Origin: Eubacteriales bacterium
Lineage (GTDB): Bacteria > Bacillota > Clostridia > Oscillospirales > CAG-272
Reading direction: 5' to 3'
Assembly (NCBI GenBank): GCA_045611965.1
Contig: JAZKYE010000012.1
Span: 68,204-132,203 of the forward strand
DNA: 64,000 nucleotides
The translations under genes were made by a program, and so were the position numbers. Below the pieces are notes generated by a model that searched no databases, was not told the DNA's origin, and was given only the letters and a program-made list of their open reading frames with translations. Of this stretch, positions 55,989 through 64,000 are shown one piece after another (the first letter of the stretch is position 1; the number at the start of each line of letters is the position of its first letter).

Positions 55989-57299
55989 TTATACTTTTAA
56001 TTTTCGCCTTACTCTTTCCGACGGAAGCATCTCGATAGAGTTTATTGCATCAAGCTTGAACAAAATTCTTAGCACGTCCTTAATTTTATATTCATCCGTG
56101 CAAAGATCCTCTATCGCCACTTCGCCCTCGGCAGGTATGCTTTTATATATTTTAAGCATATGCTTATCAAACGATGCATAAGACTCCTGCGGCTCGGTTT
56201 GTGTGACCTCACCTGCCGTAGTAGTGATTTGCGTATCGTTTTTCTTTTCAGGCTTTGCTTTATCATTGTTTTTCTTTATCGGCTTCGGATGAAATCCATC
56301 CGAGCCCTTTGTGCCGTTAAAAATACCGTCCGAGGGGGCAACACAGCTTATCTTATACCTGCAAAGCTCATCGTACATATTAACCCTCGGCATATCGGTA
56401 AGAAGAAAGCGGTTAAGCTTACCTCTGTAAACGAACTCAAAGTCGTCTATAACGTCCTCTGCGGTGAGTATCAGCTTAGCACCGTTACGAATGAGAATAT
56501 TACTGACCTCACTCGTCTTATTACCAACGTTACCGGGAAGCGCATAGATTGTCCTTCCCTGCTTTCTTGCGTGCCTTGCGGTATGTATAGCACCGCTGCT
56601 TTCAGCGCCCTCAATAATGATAGAAGCACAGCAGAGTCCGCTGATTATGCGGTTTCTTTTAGGGAAATGCTCACTCTTCGGCTTTGTATTCGGCGCGTAT
56701 TCGGTTATAACACATCCCGTTTTTACAATTTCTCTGGCAAGATTTTTGTGCGCCTCGGGATAACATACGTTGATGCCGCATCCAAGCACGGCTACTGTAA
56801 TTCCGCCTGCGGAAAGTGCGCCACAATGAGCAACACCGTCAATGCCTATTGCCATACCCGAAACTATTCTCGCGCCAGAATATGCAAGGTCGTGAGCGAG
56901 GTTGAACGAAAATTTTCTTCCGTAATCGGTTAGGCTTCTCGTTCCGACAACAGCAACATAACAGCCATCGTTAAAATCGGGAAGGACACCGCGATAGTAA
57001 AGAAGAACAGGTGGGTCCTGTATTTCACGAAGAAGCTTTGGAAATTCGTCATCGAGGTAATAGATTATACCTATACCGCGGCTGTCGCAATAAGCGAGTA
57101 TTTCCTCAGCGCGCTCTAACGATTTATCACAAAGGGCATCTATATCGCGGCATTTTGAGGTAAGAATACGGATATATTCGTCACGCTCAAGCTCATAAAT
57201 CGTATAAATATCGGGATATTTTTCATACAGCTTTTTAAAGGTCACTCCCCCGGGTGTTACCGAGAGAGAAAGCCACATCCACAGAACCCTTTCACTCAT
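55989..57299 (-). CDS. dprA: DNA-processing protein DprA (Smf) with a long C-terminal linker and winged-helix tail
   Basis: VAVVGTR; SGMAIGIDGVAH; GAESSGAIHTA. Start at ATG 57299 (MSERVLW), just after the upstream stop at 57301. Confidence 0.9.
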   Translation of the reverse strand: MSERVLWMWLSLSVTPGGVTFKKLYEKYPDIYTIYELERDEYIRILTSKCRDIDALCDKSLERAEEILAYCDSRGIGIIYYLDDEFPKLLREIQDPPVLLYYRGVLPDFNDGCYVAVVGTRSLTDYGRKFSFNLAHDLAYSGARIVSGMAIGIDGVAHCGALSAGGITVAVLGCGINVCYPEAHKNLAREIVKTGCVITEYAPNTKPKSEHFPKRNRIISGLCCASIIIEGAESSGAIHTARHARKQGRTIYALPGNVGNKTSEVSNILIRNGAKLILTAEDVIDDFEFVYRGKLNRFLLTDMPRVNMYDELCRYKISCVAPSDGIFNGTKGSDGFHPKPIKKNNDKAKPEKKNDTQITTTAGEVTQTEPQESYASFDKHMLKIYKSIPAEGEVAIEDLCTDEYKIKDVLRILFKLDAINSIEMLPSERVRRKLKV

Positions 57300-57300
57300 A

Positions 57301-58131
57301 TCAGCTCTTTGACTGCTCCCACATAAAAATTGCGGCGGCAACGGATGCATTCAGCGACTCAGTTGCAACCGATATCGGAATGTAAATCTTATCAGTAGCG
57401 ACGCACGACACCTCTTTATCAACGCCGTGTCCCTCGTTTCCGATTATAATTACGTCAGACGCTAAAAGCTTATCCTCGCCAAGCTTCATTGCGCTATCGC
57501 AAAGCTCAGCAGACAGCACGCGACGGCCTGCCGCGCGAAGCTCCTCTACCGTCTTAGGAAGATTTGTGACGATGCTGATTCTTACCCTGAAAAGGCTTCC
57601 CATAGCGCCCCTTACAGTCTTGGAATTATATACGTCAGCGCAGTCCGACGAAAGAATAAGATGGCGTGTGCCAAATGCAACGGCGCTTCTTATTGCCGAG
57701 CCGAGGTTGCCAGGATCACGCACCGATGACAAAATCATTACTCTATCAGACGGATTTTTTAAAAACTCTTCCTTATATATTATATCCGACTTATTGAAAA
57801 AGTCAAGATGTTTTATTACACAAATTATTCCCTGAGGCGAATTTTCTGAAGAAATTTTTTCGAAAATTTCATCTGCTAACAAATAAATCAGACAATTATC
57901 AAGGCTTGGTGCGTTAGTATTTTCAAGTTTCTGAAGAAAATAATCCGAGCGTTTTTTCGCAATAAACAGGTGTGTTACGGGAAGATTTGCCCCTATTGCC
58001 TCAAAAACGAGCTTTTCACCCTCGGCAACAAAGGATTTTGCTTCTTCTCTGTACTTCTTATCCTTGAGCGAAGCCGCCCATTTTACAACGGGATTGCTTC
58101 GGCTTTGGATTTCGGTTATATTTTTTCTCAT
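57301..58131 (-). CDS. SpoU/TrmH family RNA 2'-O-methyltransferase (RlmB/YsgA-like)
   Basis: RDPGNLGSAIRSA; IIIGNEGHGV; SLNASVAAAI (SPOUT knot motifs). Confidence 0.85.
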   Translation of the reverse strand: MRKNITEIQSRSNPVVKWAASLKDKKYREEAKSFVAEGEKLVFEAIGANLPVTHLFIAKKRSDYFLQKLENTNAPSLDNCLIYLLADEIFEKISSENSPQGIICVIKHLDFFNKSDIIYKEEFLKNPSDRVMILSSVRDPGNLGSAIRSAVAFGTRHLILSSDCADVYNSKTVRGAMGSLFRVRISIVTNLPKTVEELRAAGRRVLSAELCDSAMKLGEDKLLASDVIIIGNEGHGVDKEVSCVATDKIYIPISVATESLNASVAAAIFMWEQSKS

Positions 58132-58147
58132 ATCCTACTCCAAATTT

Positions 58148-58186
58148 AAAAAAATCCCGCCGTGCCATAAGGCTTAGCGGGAATTT
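58148..58186 (-). terminator. rplT terminator
   Basis: Minus strand: TCCCGC-TAAGCCTTATGGCAC-GGCGGGA followed by TTTTTTT. Confidence 0.7.
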
Positions 58187-58196
58187 ATTGATTAAA

Positions 58197-58550
58197 TTAA
58201 AGTGCAGCCTTTGCTTTCTCGCAGATTGCCGCAAATGCTTCCTTATCGGAAACTGCAAGCTCTGCAAGCATCTTACGGTTGAGGTCGATACCGCAAACCT
58301 TAAGACCGTGCATAAGGGTGGAATAGTTCATACCGCATGCCTTTGCACCTGCAGAAATTCTGGTGATCCAGAGAGAACGGAAATCTCTCTTCTTAAGCTT
58401 ACGGCCAGTGAAAGCATAGTTACCGCTCTTAAGTACAGCCTGCTTAGCCATCTTAAAGTGCTTGGACTTTGCTCCCCAATAACCCTTTGCTGCCTTGAGT
58501 ATGCTCTTTCTTCTCTTGCGCGTCATCATAGCGCCCTTAACTCTTGCCAT
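58197..58550 (-). CDS. rplT: 50S ribosomal protein L20
   Basis: [15 protein letters not shown]...; FRSLWITRI. Confidence 0.97.
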   Translation of the reverse strand: MARVKGAMMTRKRRKSILKAAKGYWGAKSKHFKMAKQAVLKSGNYAFTGRKLKKRDFRSLWITRISAGAKACGMNYSTLMHGLKVCGIDLNRKMLAELAVSDKEAFAAICEKAKAAL

Positions 58551-58586
58551 GTTTCATTATCCTCCAAATTCTCTGATTCCGAAAAA

Positions 58587-58781
58587 TTACTTGCCGATAA
58601 GCATTCTGTAAGTAGGTGCAAAGCACTCGCTAAGCATAGCGGGCTTGCAAAGACCTCTCTTACGCTTTGCAGTCTTAATTCCAAGGTTGTGACGGTGGTT
58701 GTTGTGACGCATCTTGATTTTGCCAGTACCGGTTACAGAAAATCTTTTAGCAGATGCCTTATGTGTCTTGATCTTTCCCAT
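58587..58781 (-). CDS. rpmI: 50S ribosomal protein L35
   Basis: MGKIKTHKASAKRF..TGTGKIK. Confidence 0.96.
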   Translation of the reverse strand: MGKIKTHKASAKRFSVTGTGKIKMRHNNHRHNLGIKTAKRKRGLCKPAMLSECFAPTYRMLIGK

Positions 58782-58844
58782 TTTTCTTTCTCCTTAAATG
58801 ATTTTAATATTTTATTTGGTACATAGTACCAAAAGTTTAACTGA

Positions 58845-59378
58845 TTATTTCTTGTCGGGCTTAACAGGCGATATTACAATCGACATAAAGCGACCGTCAA
58901 GTGAAGGCTTCTTTTCAGCCTGACCAACGCCCTCAAGCGCAGATTCAAAGCGTGCGATAACCTCGCGTCCAAGCTCCATATGCGACATCTCGCGTCCCTT
59001 AAAGCGAACAACAGCCTTAACCTTGTTACCCTCGCCAAGAAATCTCTTAGCCTGATTCACACGGGTTTCAAAATCGTGCTGCTCAATTCTGCAAGAGAGC
59101 TGAACCTCTTTGACCTTAACGACAACCTGCTTCTTTTTCTGTTCCTTTTCTCTCTTGTCACGCTCAAAGCAGAACTTACCGTAATCAATAGCACGGCATA
59201 CGGGGGGAGTTGCGTTGGGTACGATGAGCACGAGATCGACGCCAAGATTATCCGCGTACCTTCTCGCTTCCTCAATCTTCATTATACCGACCTGCTCGTT
59301 TGATGCTCCGAGAACTCTTACCTCAGGGCACTTAATCTCCTCGTTAAGAAGCAAATCTCTTTCGTCCTTGATGCTAAT
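58845..59378 (-). CDS. infC: Translation initiation factor IF-3, AUU start
   Basis: GGAGG (59392-59388), 9 nt, then ATT (59378-59376), giving ISIKDERDLLLNEEIKCPEVRVLG.... The listed ATG 59438 would put the N-terminus inside the leader terminator. Confidence 0.93.
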   Translation of the reverse strand: MSIKDERDLLLNEEIKCPEVRVLGASNEQVGIMKIEEARRYADNLGVDLVLIVPNATPPVCRAIDYGKFCFERDKREKEQKKKQVVVKVKEVQLSCRIEQHDFETRVNQAKRFLGEGNKVKAVVRFKGREMSHMELGREVIARFESALEGVGQAEKKPSLDGRFMSIVISPVKPDKK

Positions 59379-59565
59379 AGCCTTATACCTCCAAAAACAA
59401 AAAATGCATACAGAATTATCCGTATGCACGCAATACACCTCTTGATAAAAGAGGAATATTAACCATACGCACCCCTGTGGTATGGTGAGAACGGAAATTC
59501 TGCTTGTTTTTTGAGTCCAATCTGACTCCGCAAGATATTATATCACCACGAAAAGTGTTTGTCAA
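59379..59565 (-). promoter_or_regulatory. infC-rpmI-rplT promoter plus L20-leader-type attenuator
   Basis: Minus strand: TTGACA (59565-59560), 17 nt, TATAAT (59542-59537). The ~150-nt leader has hairpins CCATAC...GTATGG and CCTCTT...AAGAGG. It ends in terminator GCATACGG-ATAATT-CTGTATGC (59426-59405) plus ATTTTTTGTTTTT, directly abutting the RBS. Confidence 0.65.
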
Positions 59566-59659
59566 TAGCTTTTTGAAAATTATTTGTGTGTAAAAGCATC
59601 ACTTATGAATTTCTACCTATTTCACGAAATTTTCTCGAAAATATTGTACAGTTTTAATC

Positions 59660-59688
59660 TTTACAAGCGCAACTTTTCGCTGTATAAT
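59660..59688 (+). promoter_or_regulatory. Near-consensus sigma-A promoter with no ORF behind it
   Basis: TTTACA (59660-59665), 17 nt, TATAAT (59683-59688). Confidence 0.55.
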
Positions 59689-59694
59689 ATAGCT

Positions 59695-59796
59695 TACAGA
59701 AGGGCAAAGCTGTATCAAGCTTATGGTACGTAAGACTTATGGCCTTTCTTTGTTTAAAGACTTTTACTGTTCGGCAGTAAAGGTCTTTTTTGTTTT
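59695..59796 (+). ncRNA. Candidate ~100-nt small RNA or lon leader/attenuator
   Basis: Bounded by the promoter above and an intrinsic terminator: AAGACTTTTACTG-TTCGG-CAGTAAAGGTCTT (59758-59787) plus TTTTTTGTTTT. An outer helix AGAAGGGC/GCCTTTCT is possible. No RBS-preceded ORF. Confidence 0.35.
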
Positions 59797-59831
59797 GCAT
59801 TAATAAATAAATATTTATTTTTAAAAATCTA

Positions 59832-59860
59832 TGGATTTTTTCGGATTTATGTGTTATAAT
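59832..59860 (+). promoter_or_regulatory. Extended -10 promoter proximal to lon
   Basis: TGTTATAAT (59852-59860) with a weak -35 TGGATT (59832-59837); 35 nt upstream of ATG 59895. Confidence 0.45.
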
Positions 59861-59894
59861 ATGATGAATTATTATAATTTAGCAAGGAATACTT

Positions 59895-62237
59895 ATGTTA
59901 AAACTTAAAGATTTAGAAGCTAAGACAACGGTTGAGGCATTGCCTCTTATGGCACTTCGGGGGCTCGTTGCATTCCCGAAGGTGCAGCTTAATATAGAAA
60001 TCGTGCGCCCTATTTCGCTTGCGGCATTTACTGCCGCAGCAACAGCAAACGAGATGAAAATACTTCTCGTTGCCCAAAAGGATATTTCTGTCGATGAGCC
60101 CAAGAGTGACGATTTATACGACTACGGTGTTCTCGCGGTAATAAAGCACGTGGTAAAAAATCCACAAGGAAATCTTTCGGTGACCTTTGAGGGTATATCA
60201 AGAGTAAGAATTGATGAAATGGATTTTGACGGACCTTTTATCACCGCAAACGCCACGCTGATTGACGAAACCCCCTATTCGTCAGACGATGCGAGGGATG
60301 AATCGCTAATCCTTGAGGTAAAGCGTCTTGTTAAGGAAGAGATTGCTCCTCTGCACCCTGCCTTTAATGAGGATGCTGTAATGGCGGCAGACGCAATTGG
60401 CGATTTCGGATATTATTCTGACTTTATCGCGTCATCCGTGCTTATTGATTATGCCAACAAGCAGCAGGTGCTTGAAATAATAGAGCCCAAGGCACGTCTT
60501 GAGGGACTTCTTATCAACCTCAACGAAGAGCTTGTTCTTCTTGAATGTGAGCGTGACATTCAAAAGCAGGTCAAGGACAAAATCGACAGAAGCCATAAGG
60601 ATTACTTCTTACGCGAGCAGGTTAAAGCAATTCAGGCAGAGCTCGGCGAGGATGAGGACGAGGAAATCCTCGAATACGAGGAAAAAATCGCTAAAAAGTC
60701 GCTTCCCGATGCAGTCCGCACGAAGCTTATGAAAGAGCTTTCGAAGCTTGCAAAAACGCCGTTCGGCGCAGCAGAAAGCACGGTTATCCGCTCGTATATT
60801 GACACCTGCCTTGAATTTCCGTTTATGGAAAGAACGACCGACGAGGAATCTATTTCTAAAATCAAGGATACGCTCGACGCAGACCACGACGGACTTAACG
60901 AGATTAAGGAACGAATCCTTGAATTCGTTGCGACCAAAAAATTCAATCCTGATATAAAAAATCAGATACTCTGCCTCATAGGCCCGCCAGGCGTTGGAAA
61001 AACCTCTATTGCCGCATCTATTGCTTCGGCACTCGGCAGAAAATATGCAAGGCTTTCCCTCGGCGGTGTACACGACGAGGCAGAGATTCGCGGCCATCGC
61101 CGTACTTATGTAGGTGCTATGCCCGGTAGAATTATATCTGCCATCTCACAGTCAGGCTCGTCAAACCCCGTAATTGTGCTTGATGAGATTGATAAGCTTG
61201 CAAACGATGCGAGAAACGATCCCACGGCGGCTCTTCTTGAGGTGCTTGACCCTGAACAGAACAAGTTTTTCAGGGATAACTTTATCGAGCTTCCCATAGA
61301 CCTTTCCGACTGCATATTTATTGCAACCGCAAATAGCTATGACAGAATACCCTCACCTCTGCTCGACAGAATGGAAATCATAAATCTTTCGGGCTATACG
61401 GATACAGAAAAGCTTTCGATTGCAAAAAACCACCTCATACCGAAGCAAATGAAGCGTCACGGTATGACCAAAAAGCTTTTTAAGCTTTCTGACTCTGCGC
61501 TTCTCACCCTAATACGCGAGTACACCAAGGAAGCCGGTGTGCGTAACCTTGAGCGCGAAATCGCCTCTGTTATAAGAAAGTGTGCAAAGCGTCTTGCAGA
61601 GGACGAAAATTTGAAATCGGTAAGCGTCAGCGCTAAAAATCTTGAGGATATTCTCGGAAAATCGAAAATCATTCCTGACAAGCTTGAGCCCAAAAACACC
61701 GTAGGTGTTGTAAACGGTCTTGCTTATACCGAGCGCGGCGGCGAGCTTCTGCGAGTTGAGGTTGCCGTAATGGACGGCTCGGGCAAAATAGAGCTTACGG
61801 GCTCGCTTGGCGATGTTATGAAGGAATCAGCGCATATCGCGCACTCGCTTGTCAGAACAATTGGCAAGGACTACGGAATTGATCCGTCGTTCTATAAGGA
61901 CCGCGATATTCACGTGCATTTCCCCGAGGGGGCAGTACCGAAGGACGGACCGAGCGCAGGTGTGACTATGACCACCGCTATCGTCAGCGCACTCAGCGGC
62001 AAGGCGGTCAGACGCGATATTGCTATGACGGGTGAAATATCTCTTCTCGGCAAGGTTCTGCCCATCGGTGGGCTTAAGGAAAAAACTCTTGCGGCATACC
62101 GTTGCGGCATAAAAACCGTGCTTATTCCCAAGGACAATGTAAGGGACCTTGAGGATATTGATAAAACGGCACGTCAAGAGCTTGAGTTCATCCCCTGCGA
62201 GAGCATTGGCGAGGTGCTTAAAAACGCGCTCGCTTAA
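59895..62237 (+). CDS. lon: ATP-dependent Lon protease (LonA)
   Basis: LON N-domain; GPPGVGKTS; proteolytic DGPSAGVTMTTA (Ser) and a downstream Lys; 780 aa. Confidence 0.97.
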   Translation: MLKLKDLEAKTTVEALPLMALRGLVAFPKVQLNIEIVRPISLAAFTAAATANEMKILLVAQKDISVDEPKSDDLYDYGVLAVIKHVVKNPQGNLSVTFEGISRVRIDEMDFDGPFITANATLIDETPYSSDDARDESLILEVKRLVKEEIAPLHPAFNEDAVMAADAIGDFGYYSDFIASSVLIDYANKQQVLEIIEPKARLEGLLINLNEELVLLECERDIQKQVKDKIDRSHKDYFLREQVKAIQAELGEDEDEEILEYEEKIAKKSLPDAVRTKLMKELSKLAKTPFGAAESTVIRSYIDTCLEFPFMERTTDEESISKIKDTLDADHDGLNEIKERILEFVATKKFNPDIKNQILCLIGPPGVGKTSIAASIASALGRKYARLSLGGVHDEAEIRGHRRTYVGAMPGRIISAISQSGSSNPVIVLDEIDKLANDARNDPTAALLEVLDPEQNKFFRDNFIELPIDLSDCIFIATANSYDRIPSPLLDRMEIINLSGYTDTEKLSIAKNHLIPKQMKRHGMTKKLFKLSDSALLTLIREYTKEAGVRNLEREIASVIRKCAKRLAEDENLKSVSVSAKNLEDILGKSKIIPDKLEPKNTVGVVNGLAYTERGGELLRVEVAVMDGSGKIELTGSLGDVMKESAHIAHSLVRTIGKDYGIDPSFYKDRDIHVHFPEGAVPKDGPSAGVTMTTAIVSALSGKAVRRDIAMTGEISLLGKVLPIGGLKEKTLAAYRCGIKTVLIPKDNVRDLEDIDKTARQELEFIPCESIGEVLKNALA

Positions 62238-62272
62238 CATTCGTCAGAGATTTATTTCAGGCGGTATTTACT

Positions 62273-62869
62273 ATGAAAATTAACATTAACAATGCCACTC
62301 TTTCGCTGACAGCCGGAAGCGTAAAGCAGTTTCCTCGTGACATAAAGCCGCAGATTGCGCTTTCAGGCCGTTCAAATGTCGGCAAAAGCTCGCTTATCAA
62401 CACTCTGCTTTTAAGAAAATCGTTAGCGAGAGTTTCCTCTGCACCGGGCAAGACCGTTACTATCAATTTCTACGGTATTGACGGAAAGATGTTTCTCGTC
62501 GATCTTCCCGGCTACGGCTATGCTAAACGAAGCTTTGAGAAAAAGCAGGTGTTCAGCTCGCTTACCGAGGAATATTTTACAAAAAACCCCTCGTCTGATG
62601 CACTTAAGCTCGTCGTACAGCTTATTGACGTAAGATGCGGACCGACCGACGACGATATAATGATGATAAATTGGCTTATTGATAACGGTGTGCCGTTTAT
62701 CGTTGTGGCAACCAAGTCAGACAAGCTCTCAAAAACCGCGCTTGCGGCAAGGCTTGACGAGATACACGAGGAATTTTTCAAGGGAACAAATATCGAAATT
62801 CTTCCCTTCTCGTCGGTAACGAGGGACGGACGGGAAAATCTTTTAAACAAGATTTTCTCATATTTATAA
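62273..62869 (+). CDS. engB: Ribosome biogenesis GTPase EngB/YsxC/YihA
   Basis: GRSNVGKSSLIN; DLPGYGYA; TKSDK. The lon-ysxC pairing matches B. subtilis. Confidence 0.94.
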   Translation: MKININNATLSLTAGSVKQFPRDIKPQIALSGRSNVGKSSLINTLLLRKSLARVSSAPGKTVTINFYGIDGKMFLVDLPGYGYAKRSFEKKQVFSSLTEEYFTKNPSSDALKLVVQLIDVRCGPTDDDIMMINWLIDNGVPFIVVATKSDKLSKTALAARLDEIHEEFFKGTNIEILPFSSVTRDGRENLLNKIFSYL

Positions 62870-62888
62870 GGCACACGCAAAGGATAAA

Positions 62889-63620
62889 ATGGATAGAATA
62901 GTATATTACGTTCTTGTGGCGCTCGCGTCACTTATCGCGCTAACCGTTCACGAATACTGCCACGGCTACGCCTCGTACAGGCTTGGCGACCCTACGGCAA
63001 GGGCGCTCGGACGTCTGACGCTCAACCCAATAAAGCATATTGACCCTATCGGCGCTCTTTGTATGCTGTTTTTCAGATTTGGCTGGGCTAAGCCCGTTCC
63101 GATTGATGCGCGCTACTTCAAGAAGCCGAAGAGGGATTTTGCCATAGTCGCCCTCGCAGGTCCTGTATCTAACCTTATTCTTGCGATTTTTGGCGGATTT
63201 CTTTACACACTTTTCATCTATCTTTTCCGTAGTGTATCATTTGAAAACGCCTTTTTATTTGAGCTTGCAAGCAATTTTATCAGCTTTCTTATGATATTTC
63301 ATATCGTAAATTTAGGGCTTGCGATATTTAACCTCATTCCCGTGCCGCCGCTTGACGGCTCAAGGATACTGAACGCAATCCTTCCTGATAGAATTTACTT
63401 TAAAATAATGGCTCACGAAAGAAAGATTTATCTTTTTCTCATAGGATGGCTGCTTGTCGGTGATATAGTTGCCTCGTGGCTGCTAAAAATCCCCGTTATA
63501 GCATCGAATCCTACGCTATCATCTCTGACGGTTATATTCTCGCTCAGCGAGCTGATAGGCATCGTGATACAGTATATTTCCGACCTTATACTCGGTCTTT
63601 TCGCACTTCTTTTCAATTAA
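62889..63620 (+). CDS. Site-2 protease family (M50) membrane metalloprotease
   Basis: HEYCHGYA (HExxH) in TM1; NLIPVPPLDGSRIL (NxxPxxxLDG); multiple TM helices. Confidence 0.85.
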   Translation: MDRIVYYVLVALASLIALTVHEYCHGYASYRLGDPTARALGRLTLNPIKHIDPIGALCMLFFRFGWAKPVPIDARYFKKPKRDFAIVALAGPVSNLILAIFGGFLYTLFIYLFRSVSFENAFLFELASNFISFLMIFHIVNLGLAIFNLIPVPPLDGSRILNAILPDRIYFKIMAHERKIYLFLIGWLLVGDIVASWLLKIPVIASNPTLSSLTVIFSLSELIGIVIQYISDLILGLFALLFN

Positions 63621-63643
63621 CCTACCCTAAAAGGAAGCATTAA

Positions 63644-64000
63644 ATGGAACAAATCACCTACCGACTGGATCAATTTGAGGGTCCTCTTGACCTCTTGCTT
63701 ACCCTTATTACAAAAAACAAGGTGAGCATATACGATATTCCGATAGCGCTTATCTGCGACCAGTATATGGAAGCTATAAATCAGGCGCAGAAGATGGACC
63801 TTGAGATTGCCTGCGAGTTTATCGTTATGGCAAGCGAGCTTATGCTTATAAAGAGCAAAATGCTTCTTCCTCACGAGGAAGGAACCGAAAACGATCCCAG
63901 ACGCGAGATTGCAAACGCACTTGATATATATCAGAAGGCAAAGCTTGCGGCAACTAAGCTTCGCCCTCTTTACGACGAATACTCACAAAGATATATAAAG
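63644..64000 (+). CDS. scpA: Segregation and condensation protein A (kleisin), 5' part running off the right edge
   Basis: ATG 63644, then MEQITYRLDQFEGPLDLLLTLITKNKVSIYDIPIALICDQY...ELMLIKSKMLLP. Open to the window end (119 codons). Not in the ORF track because there is no stop in the window. Confidence 0.9.
   Translation, partial: MEQITYRLDQFEGPLDLLLTLITKNKVSIYDIPIALICDQYMEAINQAQKMDLEIACEFIVMASELMLIKSKMLLPHEEGTENDPRREIANALDIYQKAKLAATKLRPLYDEYSQRYIK

Noticed and set aside
59379-59438. N-terminal extensions implied by the ORF-track starts: infC 59438, galE 34602, rplU 35683, rpmA 34910, tlyA 25382, plsX 52393, dprA 57350, HAD 33434 and lipoprotein 5183.
   Set aside because: In each case a downstream start has a proper RBS and reproduces the conserved family N-terminus. 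The extensions overlap upstream genes, leaders or terminators.
59723-59803. 26-codon ORF (MVRKTYGLSLFKDFYCSAVKVFFVLH) inside the candidate sRNA.
   Set aside because: There is no Shine-Dalgarno at a usable distance, and the ORF runs through the terminator hairpin. It is treated as non-coding.
59440-59894. Possible oriC at the divergent strand switch.
   Set aside because: No dnaA/dnaN or rpmH/rnpA nearby. I found no cluster of TTATCCACA-type DnaA boxes, only single near-misses such as TGTGTGTAA. Promoters, the L20 leader and the candidate sRNA account for the gap.
63617-63874. 85-aa minus-strand ORF.
   Set aside because: It is antisense to the clear ScpA N-terminus (MEQITYRLDQFEGPLDLLL...), which starts at 63644 on the plus strand.

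Overview
All calls below come from reading motifs and synteny by eye; no BLAST or HMM search was run. The window is a densely packed chromosomal core segment of a spore-forming Firmicute. Gene content points to class Clostridia (spoIIGA-sigE, whiA, Prp plus an L27 propeptide, the yqeG/yhbY/nadD/yqeK/rsfS blocks); the genus cannot be determined by eye. I call about 60 protein genes, 3 tRNAs (Leu-UAG, Gly-UCC, Arg-ACG), one decayed gene, and many near-consensus sigma-A promoters and hairpin terminators.

From about 1.5 kb to 59.4 kb almost every gene is on the minus strand: sigA-dnaG, hflX-yigZ, rpmE, spoIIGA-sigE, mrp, clpE, cvpA, dnaE, whiA, murB, recN-argR-nadK-tlyA-xseBA-(TsaD-like)-nusB, ABC-F/HAD/galE, L21-Prp-L27, efp, leuS-rsfS-LCP-yqeK-nadD-yhbY, ftsY-smc-rSAM-rnc-plsX, trmFO-topA-dprA, and IF3-L35-L20. 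From 59.9 kb onward the genes run on the plus strand (lon, engB, M50 protease, scpA). There are two plus-strand patches that look AT-richer. One is the left end (a partial ORF plus a stand-alone tandem-TIR gene). The other is 28.2-31.0 kb (a membrane protein, tRNA-Leu, a UPF0104 flippase-like gene and GT8). I saw no CRISPR array, transposase, integrase or phage gene.

The best candidate for something undescribed is the 253-aa protein at 697-1458. It consists only of two TIR modules, and each keeps the catalytic-Glu position. It is monocistronic between two terminators and has no ThsA-like, sensor or effector partner visible in cis.

Secondary items:
- a YbiT-like ABC-F ATPase whose second ATP site is degenerate at the DNA level (Walker A GNELALTS, Walker B DQ);
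- an orphan promoter-to-terminator unit of about 100 nt upstream of lon (candidate sRNA or leader);
- a TsaD/Kae1-like paralog inside the nusB-xseAB operon;
- a minimal Wzz/BY-kinase/PHP-phosphatase trio with no polysaccharide genes, next to a decayed SGNH hydrolase gene;
- an infC AUU start with an L20-leader-type attenuator.
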